Shown: positions 1-9,559 of the stretch, piece after piece
How the letters are laid out: every line of letters starts with the position of its first letter
How positions within the stretch are numbered: position 1 is the stretch's first letter
DNA from: an uncultured Lachnospiraceae bacterium
GTDB taxonomy: Bacteria > Bacillota > Clostridia > Lachnospirales > Lachnospiraceae
DNA: 51,505 nucleotides
NCBI GenBank assembly: GCA_902496125.1
Contig: CABUZU010000001.1
Span: 1 to 51,505 of the forward strand
Direction: 5' to 3'
The notes under the pieces: generated by a model
What the model saw: the letters and a program-made list of their open reading frames with translations, nothing else
What the model was told of the DNA's origin: nothing
Databases searched by the model: none
Position numbers and translations under genes: made by a program

Positions 1-115
1 ATACATATAGTATATCATAAAGGTAAAGAAAAAGCAAGCATTTTAAGAAAAAATGTTTGCTTTTTTACGCTTTCATCTCGGTAATTGAATTACCGAGGAT
101 TCCCGCTTAAGATCC
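1..115 (-). mobile_element. Left end of an IS200/IS605-family element (rest lies outside the window), inserted in the pilin gene
   Basis: Subterminal hairpin CTCGGTAAT-tga-ATTACCGAG (77-97) in a 'ctttcatc...attcccgct' context. Minus-strand TTGCTT-17-TATACT promoter (32-37, 9-14) and ATG TAT at 6..1. The pilin reading frame breaks off at this point. Confidence 0.7.
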
Positions 116-116
116 T

Positions 117-644
117 AAAGTTGATGGTGAAAACCCTGACACCAAATTAAAAGATGCAGAATTTAAATTAAAAAATGCAGATAACAAATGGGTACAAGTT
201 AATACTAATGGCAAAGTAACTGGTTGGGCTGATACAGAAAAAGACGGTACTACATTAAAATCTGACAAAAACGGTTTATTCAAAGTAATCGGTTTAGACG
301 CTGGAACTTACTATTTAAAAGAAACCCAAGCTCCTTCAGGCTACAACCAATTAGCAAATGAAATCAAACTTACAATTACAGCAACTACAAATAATGGTCA
401 AACCTGGACAGATGCAGATGCTAAAAAAGCTCTTACTAACCTTGAAGTTGCCGTTGGAGAAGCTGCTGCTACACCTGGAAATTTAAACGAAGGTACCGTT
501 AATGTAACCATCGAAAACAACAAAGGTACCGTCCTTCCTGCAACCGGTGGTCTTGGTACCACAATGTTCTACACCATTGGTGGACTTCTAATGCTTGCAA
601 CCGCAATCTTACTAATCACCAAGAGACGTATGAACGCTAAATAA
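117..644 (+). pseudogene. C-terminal part of a sortase-dependent major pilin (E-box, LPXTG), interrupted upstream
   Basis: Manual translation KVDGENPDTKLKDAEFKL...YYLKETQAPSGY...VLPATGGLGTTMFYTIGGLLMLATAILLITKRRMNAK*. In-frame TAA at 108-110 and no start codon; class C sortase follows. Confidence 0.9.
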
Positions 645-663
645 TTAATTTAAAATACAAACT

Positions 664-691
664 GGGCGGGCTAAGAGCCCGCCTAATTTTT
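664..691 (+). terminator. Intrinsic terminator after pilin
   Basis: GGCGGGCT-a-AGAGCCCGCC hairpin followed by taattttt. Confidence 0.75.
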
Positions 692-706
692 ATGTAAGGA
701 GTTCGA

Positions 707-1528
707 ATGAAAAAAAAGAAAAATTTTAGTACCATTCTTTTAATTTTACTCTTTCTTCTAGGTCTTTGCATTCTACTCTACCCCACCATCAGTAACTATA
801 TCAACCAACGTAACCAATCAAGAGCCATTGCCAGTTACGATAAGAGTGTAAAAAAGATGACCGACAAGGACTATGCTGCTTACTTTAAAGCTGCAGATGA
901 ATACAATCAAGCTCTTGCAAAAAATCCAGATTTATTTTATTATCCTAATAGGCTAAGTGGTTACAATGATATTTTAGATATCTCTGGAACTGGTGTTATG
1001 GGTTATATCACGATTCAAAAAATCGGAGTAGAGCTTCCAATTTATCATGGCATTGATGTCGACACACTAGAAGTTGCAGTTGGACATTTAGAGGGTAGCA
1101 GTCTGCCTGTTGGTGGTGAAAGTACCCATTCGGTTCTATCTGCCCACCGTGGACTTCCAAGTGCCAAGCTTTTTACAGACCTTGATAAAATGGAGGTGGG
1201 TGATACTTTTACCATTACCATTTTAAACCGTGTACTTACTTATGAAGTAGACCATCTTGCAATTGTCGTGCCTGAAAATGTTGATGATTTACAAATTGAA
1301 GGTGGTAAGGATTACTGTACACTTATGACCTGTACTCCTTATGGAATTAATACCCATCGTCTTCTTGTTCGAGGTCACAGAATTAAGACAGTTGAACAAA
1401 AGAACATCTATGTAACCGCGGATGCTTTCCAAATTGAGCCAATTATTACTGCCCCAATTATTGCAATCCCAATTTTAATTTTATTACTTATTTGGGTGCT
1501 CATTCATACTAAGAAGAAGGAAGAATAA
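707..1528 (+). CDS. srtC: Class C (pilus) sortase
   Basis: N- and C-terminal TM segments, SAHRGLP and TLMTCTPYGINTHRLLVRG motifs. Confidence 0.95.
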   Translation: MKKKKNFSTILLILLFLLGLCILLYPTISNYINQRNQSRAIASYDKSVKKMTDKDYAAYFKAADEYNQALAKNPDLFYYPNRLSGYNDILDISGTGVMGYITIQKIGVELPIYHGIDVDTLEVAVGHLEGSSLPVGGESTHSVLSAHRGLPSAKLFTDLDKMEVGDTFTITILNRVLTYEVDHLAIVVPENVDDLQIEGGKDYCTLMTCTPYGINTHRLLVRGHRIKTVEQKNIYVTADAFQIEPIITAPIIAIPILILLLIWVLIHTKKKEE

Positions 1529-1535
1529 ACTATTT

Positions 1536-2594
1536 ATGACTACAAAAAAGCGTCTCGACATTGAATTTATGCGGATTTTAGCCTGTTTTTTTGTTATTTT
1601 CAATCATACAAAAAGCAACGGATTTTTCTTATTTGCTTCTTGCAATCGTAACAGCTTAAAGTTTTGGATTTATTTATTTATCTCTATTTTTTGCACTTTT
1701 TCAGTGCCATTATTTTATACGATTTCAGGTTCCTTGTTATTAAATCGTGAAGAAGAATCTCTTTGGAATTTTTGGAGACGACGGATTTTTAAAATGGTTT
1801 TAATATTAGTTGTATGGTCTTTTTTCTATTATTTTTATGACCTTCATACAACTGGCAATTCATTTGATTTTGACGAGTTTTTTGAACAATTTTATAACTC
1901 TAGTTGGAACTTTTCATTTTGGTATTTATATGCCTATATCCCGATGCTTATGGGAATTCCTTTATTAAGAAAATTTGTAAAATCTCTTGGTAATAAAGAC
2001 TTTTTATATCTATCTGCATTGGCTTTTAGTTTTTCCTCCTTACTACCAAGTTTTCAATATTTACTTGGACAAGATGAATACATTTTAAATCACAACTTTC
2101 GAATCAGTTGGGTATGTTCTAGCCTCCTTTTATATCCTTGTCTTGGATATTTCTTACAGACAAGGCTTGAAGGATTTTGGAATAAGAAAAGGATTTTTCT
2201 TTTATGGATTGTAAATATTAGTGCCATTGTTTTTTCTAGTTATTTAACTTGTTTAAAAGCAGATATCACTGGAATCCTAAATGAAGGTCATTCTCAAACC
2301 TTCCATAAAACTTTTGTATTTATTAACTGCATTGCTATCTTTGTTACTTGTAAATATTTATTTGAACATATTTCTTTCCCAAATTGGATAAATAAATTGA
2401 TTGAATCAATGGGTGGATGCACTCTTGGCATTTATCTTTTACATATCTTTATAAAAAGTGAACTTGAAATTCATATGAAATTTCATTTTCATAATATGTT
2501 CTCGGCTTTTCTGTATTGTGGACTGATTTTTATACTGGGATACTTAATAACTTTAGTCCTCAAACGAATCCCAATTATTAGTAAATTTGTATAA
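1536..2594 (+). CDS. Acyltransferase-3 family membrane O-acyltransferase
   Basis: N-terminal 'DIEFMRILACFFVIFNH', 'VPLFYTISG', 'FWYLY' and 'GIYLLH' motifs; about 10 TM segments. Confidence 0.85.
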   Translation: MTTKKRLDIEFMRILACFFVIFNHTKSNGFFLFASCNRNSLKFWIYLFISIFCTFSVPLFYTISGSLLLNREEESLWNFWRRRIFKMVLILVVWSFFYYFYDLHTTGNSFDFDEFFEQFYNSSWNFSFWYLYAYIPMLMGIPLLRKFVKSLGNKDFLYLSALAFSFSSLLPSFQYLLGQDEYILNHNFRISWVCSSLLLYPCLGYFLQTRLEGFWNKKRIFLLWIVNISAIVFSSYLTCLKADITGILNEGHSQTFHKTFVFINCIAIFVTCKYLFEHISFPNWINKLIESMGGCTLGIYLLHIFIKSELEIHMKFHFHNMFSAFLYCGLIFILGYLITLVLKRIPIISKFV

Positions 2595-2630
2595 AAACAC
2601 TGCTAAAAAATTACTTAGCAGTGTTTTTTA
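2593..2630. terminator. Bidirectional intrinsic terminator
   Basis: AAAAACACTGCTAA...TTAGCAGTGTTTTT inverted repeat. Confidence 0.8.
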
Positions 2631-2862
2631 TTCATTTTAAACAAGATTACAATTCGTTATCATGATAACAGCAGAAAGCAAAAGGAATTCCTGAAAAATA
2701 GTTAGTATTTATTATTTTTTCAATACAATTTCGATGTATTAAATATTTTTTCATTATTTTGCTGATTGTGAGGTTTCTGCATGATGTTATCGTGATAACT
2801 AATGTTTTTCAGAATTTTATTACAACTGAATTAGAAAGTCAAACAGAAAAGGAGGCATTATA

Positions 2863-3526
2863 ATGAGTAAATCTAATAAAAAAGAATATCGTATTCGTAA
2901 AATTCGTACCAACCGATGAATTTCATAAACTAACAAGAAAAAGAAATGACCAGATTTCAGATCTGATGCATAAAGTGACAAAACACTTTGTATTATGGTG
3001 CGTAGAACATCGTATCGACACCATTGTACTCGGTGAAAATACCCTTTTGAAACAAAAATCGAATCTAGGAAAAACAAACAATCAAAACTTTGTAGCCATT
3101 CCTTATCAGATGCTGAAAAATATCATAAAATATTTAGCAAATGAAAAAGGGATTCATTGCGTATGTCAAGAAGAAAGTTATACTTCGAAAGCTTCTTTTT
3201 CAGACCATGATTTTATTCCTGTATATAAAAAAGAGGAAAATAAGACGTATACTTTTTCTGGAAAACGTGGAGTAAAAGGTTGTCAAGGATTATATCAAAG
3301 TAAAGAGGGACATCTTTTAAATGCGGATTTAAATGGAAGTGCAAATATTTTAAGAAAAGCATTTCCTCATGCATTTACAGAATCAAATACACCTAATTTT
3401 GCAGACATAGAGATTATTGTTCATCCGAATTATGAAAAAAGACAAGAATTAAAGGAAAGACAAAAGCGTACGGTCATTTTAAGCCATTCGAAATCAAAGA
3501 GATTAAATCGTAAGAAGGTTGCGTAA
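2863..3526 (+). pseudogene. tnpB: IS200/IS605 TnpB, internally deleted and frameshifted
   Basis: GGAGG RBS and ATG at 2863 give MSKSNKKEYRIRKIRTNR*. Another frame resumes at about 2909 (PTDEFHKLTRKRNDQISDLMHK...IVLGEN...QEESYTSKAS...NADLNGSANILRK), which is the TnpB C-terminal RuvC part. Confidence 0.85.
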
Positions 3527-3650
3527 TTTGTAATAGAAATCATGTAATCCCACTGGGATAGGGCTTTGTGAATAGCCATAAGCCACTTAGAGGAAGAAAA
3601 CAGAAACCACGCCTGAATGCGTGGAACGCCTTTCAGACGTGGTAATTCAT
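3527..3650 (+). ncRNA. Putative omegaRNA scaffold / IS right end of the tnpB element
   Basis: GC-richer structured tract after tnpB. Terminal hairpin ACCACGCCTGAA(3606-3617)/TTCAGACGTGGT(3632-3643), ending in TTCAT (3646-3650). Confidence 0.6.
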
Positions 3651-3694
3651 TTATTTTATTAGCCATTTGTCTTAGTATCTTTAAGATGTTAAAG

Positions 3695-3724
3695 AAAGAT
3701 GCCGCAAATTAATGCGGCATCTTT
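3695..3724. terminator. Bidirectional intrinsic terminator
   Basis: AAAGATGCCGCA-aattaa-TGCGGCATCTTT. Confidence 0.85.
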
Positions 3725-4118
3725 TTATGATTTCTTTCTGTATTTTTCCTCTAAATTCTTAATAATCTCAATAAATTCATCTGCTGCCTTTTTAGCAACG
3801 CCTTCTTCTTTATAGGTATCCGAATATTTCAAAAGCATACCCTGCTAAACACTCCCACATCTTAACATTTAACCCATATGGATCTGATAAAATCTGTGGG
3901 TTACTAACAAGACTTCTAAAATCACTAATATAATCTCTTAACAGACGAATCGATGCCAAAGCCGTTAAATGCTCTAAATTATCAAAATATCGATAAATAA
4001 CGGTACTTGTACAATTAAGTTCCTTTGCCAAACGTCGAATTTTGATGCCTTCTGGTCCCTCATTTACCAGAATTTCATATGCCTTTTCAATAAAAGTACG
4101 CTTTTTTTCTAAGCTCAT
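3725..4118 (-). pseudogene. TetR-family regulator, frameshifted and probably internally deleted
   Basis: TetR HTH (IRRLAKELNCTSTVIYRYF) in 3810..4118. A plausible C-terminus DTYKEEGVAKKAADEFIEIIKNLEEKYRKKS* continues in another frame to TAA at 3725. Confidence 0.7.
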
Positions 4119-4127
4119 GTGTTTCCC

Positions 4128-4994
4128 CTATTTCACTGTTGTTACAAGCTCCTCAATAAATTTAGGCGTTGTACCGCAACATCCCCCTACAATGTCTGCG
4201 CCAGCCTCTACTATTTTTTTCATTGATTTCGCAAACTCTTTTTCTGTTACATTGTAATGAACACTTCCATCTGGATTTACTTCTGGAAGACCTGCATTTG
4301 GTTTTGCAATTACTGGAATGGTTGCAACCTCTTTCATTTTAGCGATGATTGGAGCTAACTGATCTGGTCCTACCGAACAATTAAGTCCTACTGCTACTGC
4401 TCCATTTTCCTGTAATTTCTTAATGGAATCCACTGCATCACTACCATATAAAGTAAATCCACTTTCCTGAACAGTAAGTGTAATCATTACTGGCAAATCA
4501 CATATTTCCTTTGCAGCTTCTAAAATAACCATTGCTTCGTCTACACTAAGTAAAGTTTCTCCTACAAGCAAATCTACTCCTTCATCTGCTAAAATACGAA
4601 TTTGCTCTTTATATACCTCTAACATTTCATCTTTTGAAATATCAAATTCTAACATTTTACCAGTAGTAGAAATATCTCCTGCCACGAGTGCTTTTTCTCC
4701 TACTGCTTCTTTAGAAAGTGCTACTAACTGTCTATTTAATTCCTCTAATCGGTCCTCTAATTCATGCATCTTAAGTGAAACACGATTTGCTCCAAATGTA
4801 GGTGCATAAATGATTTGACTTCCTGCCTGTGCATACTTTCTTTGTAAATTAATTACTACCTCTTTATTTTCCAATGCCCAAAGTTCTGTACAAACTCCAT
4901 TTGGCATTCCAGCTTCCTTTAAACAAGAACCAGTTGCTCCATCTAAAACTACGATTCCCTGTTTTGTTAAATTTAAAAATTCTTGTTTTGTCAT
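4128..4994 (-). CDS. Homocysteine S-methyltransferase family protein (stand-alone MetH homocysteine-binding domain)
   Basis: LDGATGS, GLNCSVGP, KPNAGLP and GGCCGTTP Zn-ligand motifs. Confidence 0.9.
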   Translation of the reverse strand: MTKQEFLNLTKQGIVVLDGATGSCLKEAGMPNGVCTELWALENKEVVINLQRKYAQAGSQIIYAPTFGANRVSLKMHELEDRLEELNRQLVALSKEAVGEKALVAGDISTTGKMLEFDISKDEMLEVYKEQIRILADEGVDLLVGETLLSVDEAMVILEAAKEICDLPVMITLTVQESGFTLYGSDAVDSIKKLQENGAVAVGLNCSVGPDQLAPIIAKMKEVATIPVIAKPNAGLPEVNPDGSVHYNVTEKEFAKSMKKIVEAGADIVGGCCGTTPKFIEELVTTVK

Positions 4995-5006
4995 AGTGTC
5001 TCTCCT

Positions 5007-6416
5007 TTAAATCCATGATAGTACTAATGGCAAGATGGTTGCTGGGAGTATTCCTGTCAATATTCCTAATACAAAAGCTCCAACCTGTTGTATACTTTTT
5101 TTGCTAGGAATTGGAATAATAATTGCTGCTATTACTAATCCAATACCAAAACAGCATAAAATTTGTAAAATCATCTCGGTAATACCAAACCAATCGCCAA
5201 GTACACGACTGTATACACTATTAATCCAAGATAAAATCAATGGAATTTGAATAAATAGTACACAATTTCTTACCCAAACCACACTCAATGGTTCGACTAA
5301 AAACTTACTAATGATTTGTGCCTTTCCTTTATCATCTATTACAACCTTTGCTGTAACATAGACTAATAGTACAGTAAGTACAAGTGCCAATCCATACATA
5401 AATTTTTGTACAAGTAGCGGTTGACTGTTTACTCTTGTAAAAGTGGAAAATGGATTTTTCTCATACACATAATTCATCCACCCATTTACGAAACTAAAAA
5501 GCTTATCAATACTTGTGTTATTTACAATTGCCTTGCTAATATATAAAGCCCAAATAGATAAAATACCAGCTCCACCTACTGCTACAACAGAAATACAGCC
5601 CGCTTTATCCTTTTTATTTAATTGCTCTAAAAATATTAGCAGATACAAAATCATTCCTACAAAGAAGGATGATAACATTAACATCGTTTCAATGGGCGTC
5701 CATCTTAAGCCACTATGGTTATTATAAGCGATATATGGAACGCTGACTAGTACCTGAGTTGTTATCAGCCCCCTAAAACCTAACTTACTTTCTTTTAACC
5801 ATGTTTTAGCATAGCGAATGATAAATTCCACACTAATGCAAATAGCAATTAAAAGAATCACACAAATAATCGTATAATTAACTGATGGAAACTTACTATC
5901 TAGAAACTCCTTGTTTAGTACGGGCATAATCTCTTGAACCCATAATATCTTAGAAAAACGATATCTCGTACCTGTCCAACCATTTTGCCATACTCTTACA
6001 ATTCCAGAACCTAATAGATATTCTGAAAGCCATAATAAAGCAATATTACGCCCTTCTTCTTTGCTTAGTATAAAGTTTACAATTAAAAATCCAATCGCAA
6101 CAAGTATTAATAAAAGTACAAGCCAATTTTGATAAAAATCCTGTTTAAATAAATCTTGTTTATTTAACTCTAGTGCTGCACAATGAGTAATAATTAGAAT
6201 TGGAAACGCTCCAACGCCAATATAAGTCCATTTCGGTCTTGATTTTATCTTTTTTACCACTACAACAACAAGAGCAAAGGCAACTATAAATAAAATAGCT
6301 GTATAAACAAATGAAGCTACTGTATTCTTATCATTAAAAAAATTTCCAGGTGGGGTGGCAATCTGAATCATAATCCATGCCATTGCCCGATATATTTGCA
6401 TAATTAATTCTTTCAT
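5007..6416 (-). CDS. Hypothetical polytopic membrane protein
   Basis: 469-aa ORF with more than 10 hydrophobic segments, in operon context; no recognised motif. Confidence 0.7.
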   Translation of the reverse strand: MKELIMQIYRAMAWIMIQIATPPGNFFNDKNTVASFVYTAILFIVAFALVVVVVKKIKSRPKWTYIGVGAFPILIITHCAALELNKQDLFKQDFYQNWLVLLLILVAIGFLIVNFILSKEEGRNIALLWLSEYLLGSGIVRVWQNGWTGTRYRFSKILWVQEIMPVLNKEFLDSKFPSVNYTIICVILLIAICISVEFIIRYAKTWLKESKLGFRGLITTQVLVSVPYIAYNNHSGLRWTPIETMLMLSSFFVGMILYLLIFLEQLNKKDKAGCISVVAVGGAGILSIWALYISKAIVNNTSIDKLFSFVNGWMNYVYEKNPFSTFTRVNSQPLLVQKFMYGLALVLTVLLVYVTAKVVIDDKGKAQIISKFLVEPLSVVWVRNCVLFIQIPLILSWINSVYSRVLGDWFGITEMILQILCCFGIGLVIAAIIIPIPSKKSIQQVGAFVLGILTGILPATILPLVLSWI

Positions 6417-6439
6417 AACTTAACAACCTAACCTCTACT

Positions 6440-7624
6440 CTACTCTTGCAAGCTATTTGCTAACAGTGATGCTAATGATGTATCCGTTGAAAATGTATCT
6501 GCATTATATAAATACAACACATCATTTATTTTTTTCGAAGTCATCAATTCCTTCAAATCACCATAGTAATATCTTGGGTCAACAACTACTATTTTTTTAT
6601 AATCATGTGCTAAAAATGGAATCACACAATTGGCATAAGAATCTTTAAAAATCAACAATGTCTTTTTCGAATTGGCATTCGTATCAATTTCTATTAATGG
6701 GTGATTTCCACCTAAAAATACTTGATATTTATCTCGATTTTCTAATGCTTCTTTTTTATATAAGGTAGGTTCTTTATCCTGTTCTTCTACATAATAGACT
6801 AATGTAGATAATTTATCTTCTTTATCAATATAAGTAGAAATCGTATCATAGGTATAAGTTCCATATCCACTTGTAGCAGATAACGTTCCTTGAAATGCAC
6901 TTGTTACATCTAATACTTCATACTTTGTCAAAAGCCCATTTTTTAATCCCATTTCTTTTGCAATTTTCTGATAACCATACCATGCACCTAATGTCGTCCA
7001 ATGATGGTCTGTTTTATAAAAAATATACTCTTTTTTATGAGCTGTCAAGCTCTTTCTTAAATCAATGAATTTAAGGTCACTTCCTAGTTCTTTCTCTAAT
7101 TCATTAATATAAAGATTCTGGTCATAAACTGGTGCATCCTTTGGCAATTTATCAAATAATACAGAAACTGCATTCGGTGCAATTGCAATATAATGATGAA
7201 GTTTTGGATACTCTTTTGTAAAATCATAAATTGCATTTACCTGCTTACGCATATTTTCCTTATCAGGCTTTTTAAAATCCTGAATTAAATATCCATTCTT
7301 TGACTTATAAACTCCATTCGATTCACTCTTACCTAAAAAACTGCTAAATGCACTTCGAAAAACAACACAAATGTCACGAAAAGCAAATTGGTCTGATACA
7401 TATTCCTCATATTCACTCATAAATGTTCCATTTGTGATTTTTTCCCAACTAATATCAGGCTTTTGTGCTAAATTTCGATTTTCTCTTTCTGAATATTCCT
7501 TTGTCTTTGTGAAACTATGAATTAAGAAAGATGCAGCTAAAAGAAAAATAAAGATATAGAGCAACTTACGACTAATCACGTCTCTTTTTATCTGATAGCT
7601 ACTGCGCTCATTTTGATTTATCAT
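6440..7624 (-). CDS. DHHW-family (AlgJ/AlgX-like SGNH) acyl-transfer protein
   Basis: TDHHWTT motif, KDSYAN, N-terminal TM; adjacent to MBOAT. Confidence 0.9.
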   Translation of the reverse strand: MINQNERSSYQIKRDVISRKLLYIFIFLLAASFLIHSFTKTKEYSERENRNLAQKPDISWEKITNGTFMSEYEEYVSDQFAFRDICVVFRSAFSSFLGKSESNGVYKSKNGYLIQDFKKPDKENMRKQVNAIYDFTKEYPKLHHYIAIAPNAVSVLFDKLPKDAPVYDQNLYINELEKELGSDLKFIDLRKSLTAHKKEYIFYKTDHHWTTLGAWYGYQKIAKEMGLKNGLLTKYEVLDVTSAFQGTLSATSGYGTYTYDTISTYIDKEDKLSTLVYYVEEQDKEPTLYKKEALENRDKYQVFLGGNHPLIEIDTNANSKKTLLIFKDSYANCVIPFLAHDYKKIVVVDPRYYYGDLKELMTSKKINDVLYLYNADTFSTDTSLASLLANSLQE

Positions 7625-7638
7625 ATTTCTTCCTCCAG

Positions 7639-9060
7639 CTAAAATCTAAAGTATAAAAATGGATGATAAGTTTCTGTTACTAAATACACTACAGATATAA
7701 TTAATATTAATATATAACCAACTGTAGAAACACCTTCCCATATTTTACCTAAATAATCTTCACGGTCTAATAGGTAACGATTGATTGCACTTCCTAATGG
7801 AGCACATGCCACTATCATAACAAGCATTAATATCATATAACTACTCCAATAGTACTTCGCTACCGAATCGACAAATATTCCACTTGCTCCAAACATCGCT
7901 GCAATATATTTAAATGCAACAGATAAGCTGTCAGATGCAAAGAAAATCCAACCAATTATTACAGCAAACATCGTATAGATATGTCTAAAAATTCCTGGTA
8001 GCTTTACTAAAATTCTACCATATAAATATTTTTCTCCCAATAAGAGCAATCCATAGTAAAGCCCCCAAAATAGAAAGGTCCAATTCGCACCATGCCATAG
8101 GCCTGTAACCATCCATACAATTAAGATATTTCTTATATGTTTTCCTGTAGATACTCGATTTCCACCCAATGGAATATAAATATACTCTCTAAACCATGTT
8201 CCAAGTGAAATATGCCATCTGCGCCAAAATTCTGTAATCGACTTCGAAAGATATGGATATTTAAAGTTTTCTCTTAGACTAAACCCAAACATATGTCCTA
8301 ACCCAATTGCCATATCAGAATAACCACTAAAATCAAAATATAATTGTAATGTATACGCGATAATCCCAAGCCATGCTGCTGAAACTGACATATTAGACGT
8401 ATCGTAAGTACTAATTGTTGTCCACAATTGTCCAATCTGGTCTGCAAAAATCACCTTTTTCCCTAAACCAATAATAAACCTACACACACCTCGTCCAAAT
8501 TGTTCCTTCGTAAATCTGCGATACAACAACTGTCTTTCAATATCTGCATAACGTACAATTGGACCTGCAACAAGCTGTGGAAACATTGCTACATATAGAC
8601 CATAGTTAATATAACTTTTTTGAACTTTAATATCTCCTCGATACAAGTCAACAATATACGATAAACTTTGGAACGTATAAAATGAAATACCCACTGGCAA
8701 TGCTAATGTATGTATTGGAATATTTACATTAAAAATTTGATTAATGTTTCCTACCACGAATCCATAGTACTTAAAAAATCCTAAAATCATAATCTGCAAG
8801 ACCACTGCATAAATCATAGAATTTCGTGCTTTTTTTTGTTGTCCATTCTTCTTACAATTTGCAATATCTAATCCCAAAATATAAGTACAAATCGTCGAAA
8901 ATAACATTAAAAATATATAAACTGGCTCTCCCCATGCATAAAACACTAAGCTTGCCAAAAATAAAATTAGATTCTTCCACTTCTTACTCGGTATAATATA
9001 ATATAAAAATAATACAATCGGAAGAAATGTAAAAATAAAGATAACACTACTAAAAACCAT
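7639..9060 (-). CDS. MBOAT family O-acyltransferase (AlgI/DltB-like)
   Basis: LPVGISFYTFQ, FPQLVAGPIVR, DFSGYSDMAIG, FWRRWHISL and GLWHGA motifs. Confidence 0.95.
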   Translation of the reverse strand: MVFSSVIFIFTFLPIVLFLYYIIPSKKWKNLILFLASLVFYAWGEPVYIFLMLFSTICTYILGLDIANCKKNGQQKKARNSMIYAVVLQIMILGFFKYYGFVVGNINQIFNVNIPIHTLALPVGISFYTFQSLSYIVDLYRGDIKVQKSYINYGLYVAMFPQLVAGPIVRYADIERQLLYRRFTKEQFGRGVCRFIIGLGKKVIFADQIGQLWTTISTYDTSNMSVSAAWLGIIAYTLQLYFDFSGYSDMAIGLGHMFGFSLRENFKYPYLSKSITEFWRRWHISLGTWFREYIYIPLGGNRVSTGKHIRNILIVWMVTGLWHGANWTFLFWGLYYGLLLLGEKYLYGRILVKLPGIFRHIYTMFAVIIGWIFFASDSLSVAFKYIAAMFGASGIFVDSVAKYYWSSYMILMLVMIVACAPLGSAINRYLLDREDYLGKIWEGVSTVGYILILIISVVYLVTETYHPFLYFRF

Positions 9061-9071
9061 GAGTTCTCCGC

Positions 9072-9539
9072 TTATTTCTTAATTGCCTTAAGAAATTTCT
9101 CTGTAATTTCATCTGCATTTTCTGCAACTGCAAAAAACACATATTTTCCCTTTGACTTAATCACGGAATGGTCCAACAAATCCATTTGATTGGTTCCATA
9201 TCCGTTAAAATTGTTCTTCTGTTCTGATAAACGTTTCTCCATCACTTTTTCAACATCTTCACATTGACTACTACCAGATACCTTTACAATTAAAACCTCT
9301 GTTACATCCATCATCGATATTGGTCCATAATAGACATAACCATCTAAATCTCCATCATTCAAACCATAATATTGTTTCAATTGTTGATAGCCTTTCTTTT
9401 CAGCAGATTTTGAATCAATAAGCTGTGAATAAGAGGCAGCAATATCCTCTACCTTCTTATCGGCAACTTGATTTGAATTAATTAGAATTATAATATATCC
9501 ACCTAAGACTACGACCATTAAAATTTTTACGATTAACAT
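9072..9539 (-). CDS. DUF4358-type membrane-anchored protein
   Basis: 'EVLIVKV...KRLSEQKNNFNGYG...KGKYVFFAV' pattern; usual partner of MBOAT/DHHW. Start moved to ATG 9539. Confidence 0.75.
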   Translation of the reverse strand: MLIVKILMVVVLGGYIIILINSNQVADKKVEDIAASYSQLIDSKSAEKKGYQQLKQYYGLNDGDLDGYVYYGPISMMDVTEVLIVKVSGSSQCEDVEKVMEKRLSEQKNNFNGYGTNQMDLLDHSVIKSKGKYVFFAVAENADEITEKFLKAIKK

Positions 9540-9559
9540 CCCGTAATTTTTTATCCAAC

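Noticed and set aside
3430..3666. 78-aa minus-strand ORF (MANKINELPRL...)
   Set aside because: Antisense to the tnpB tail and omegaRNA, no RBS, no protein-like features beyond the first codons.
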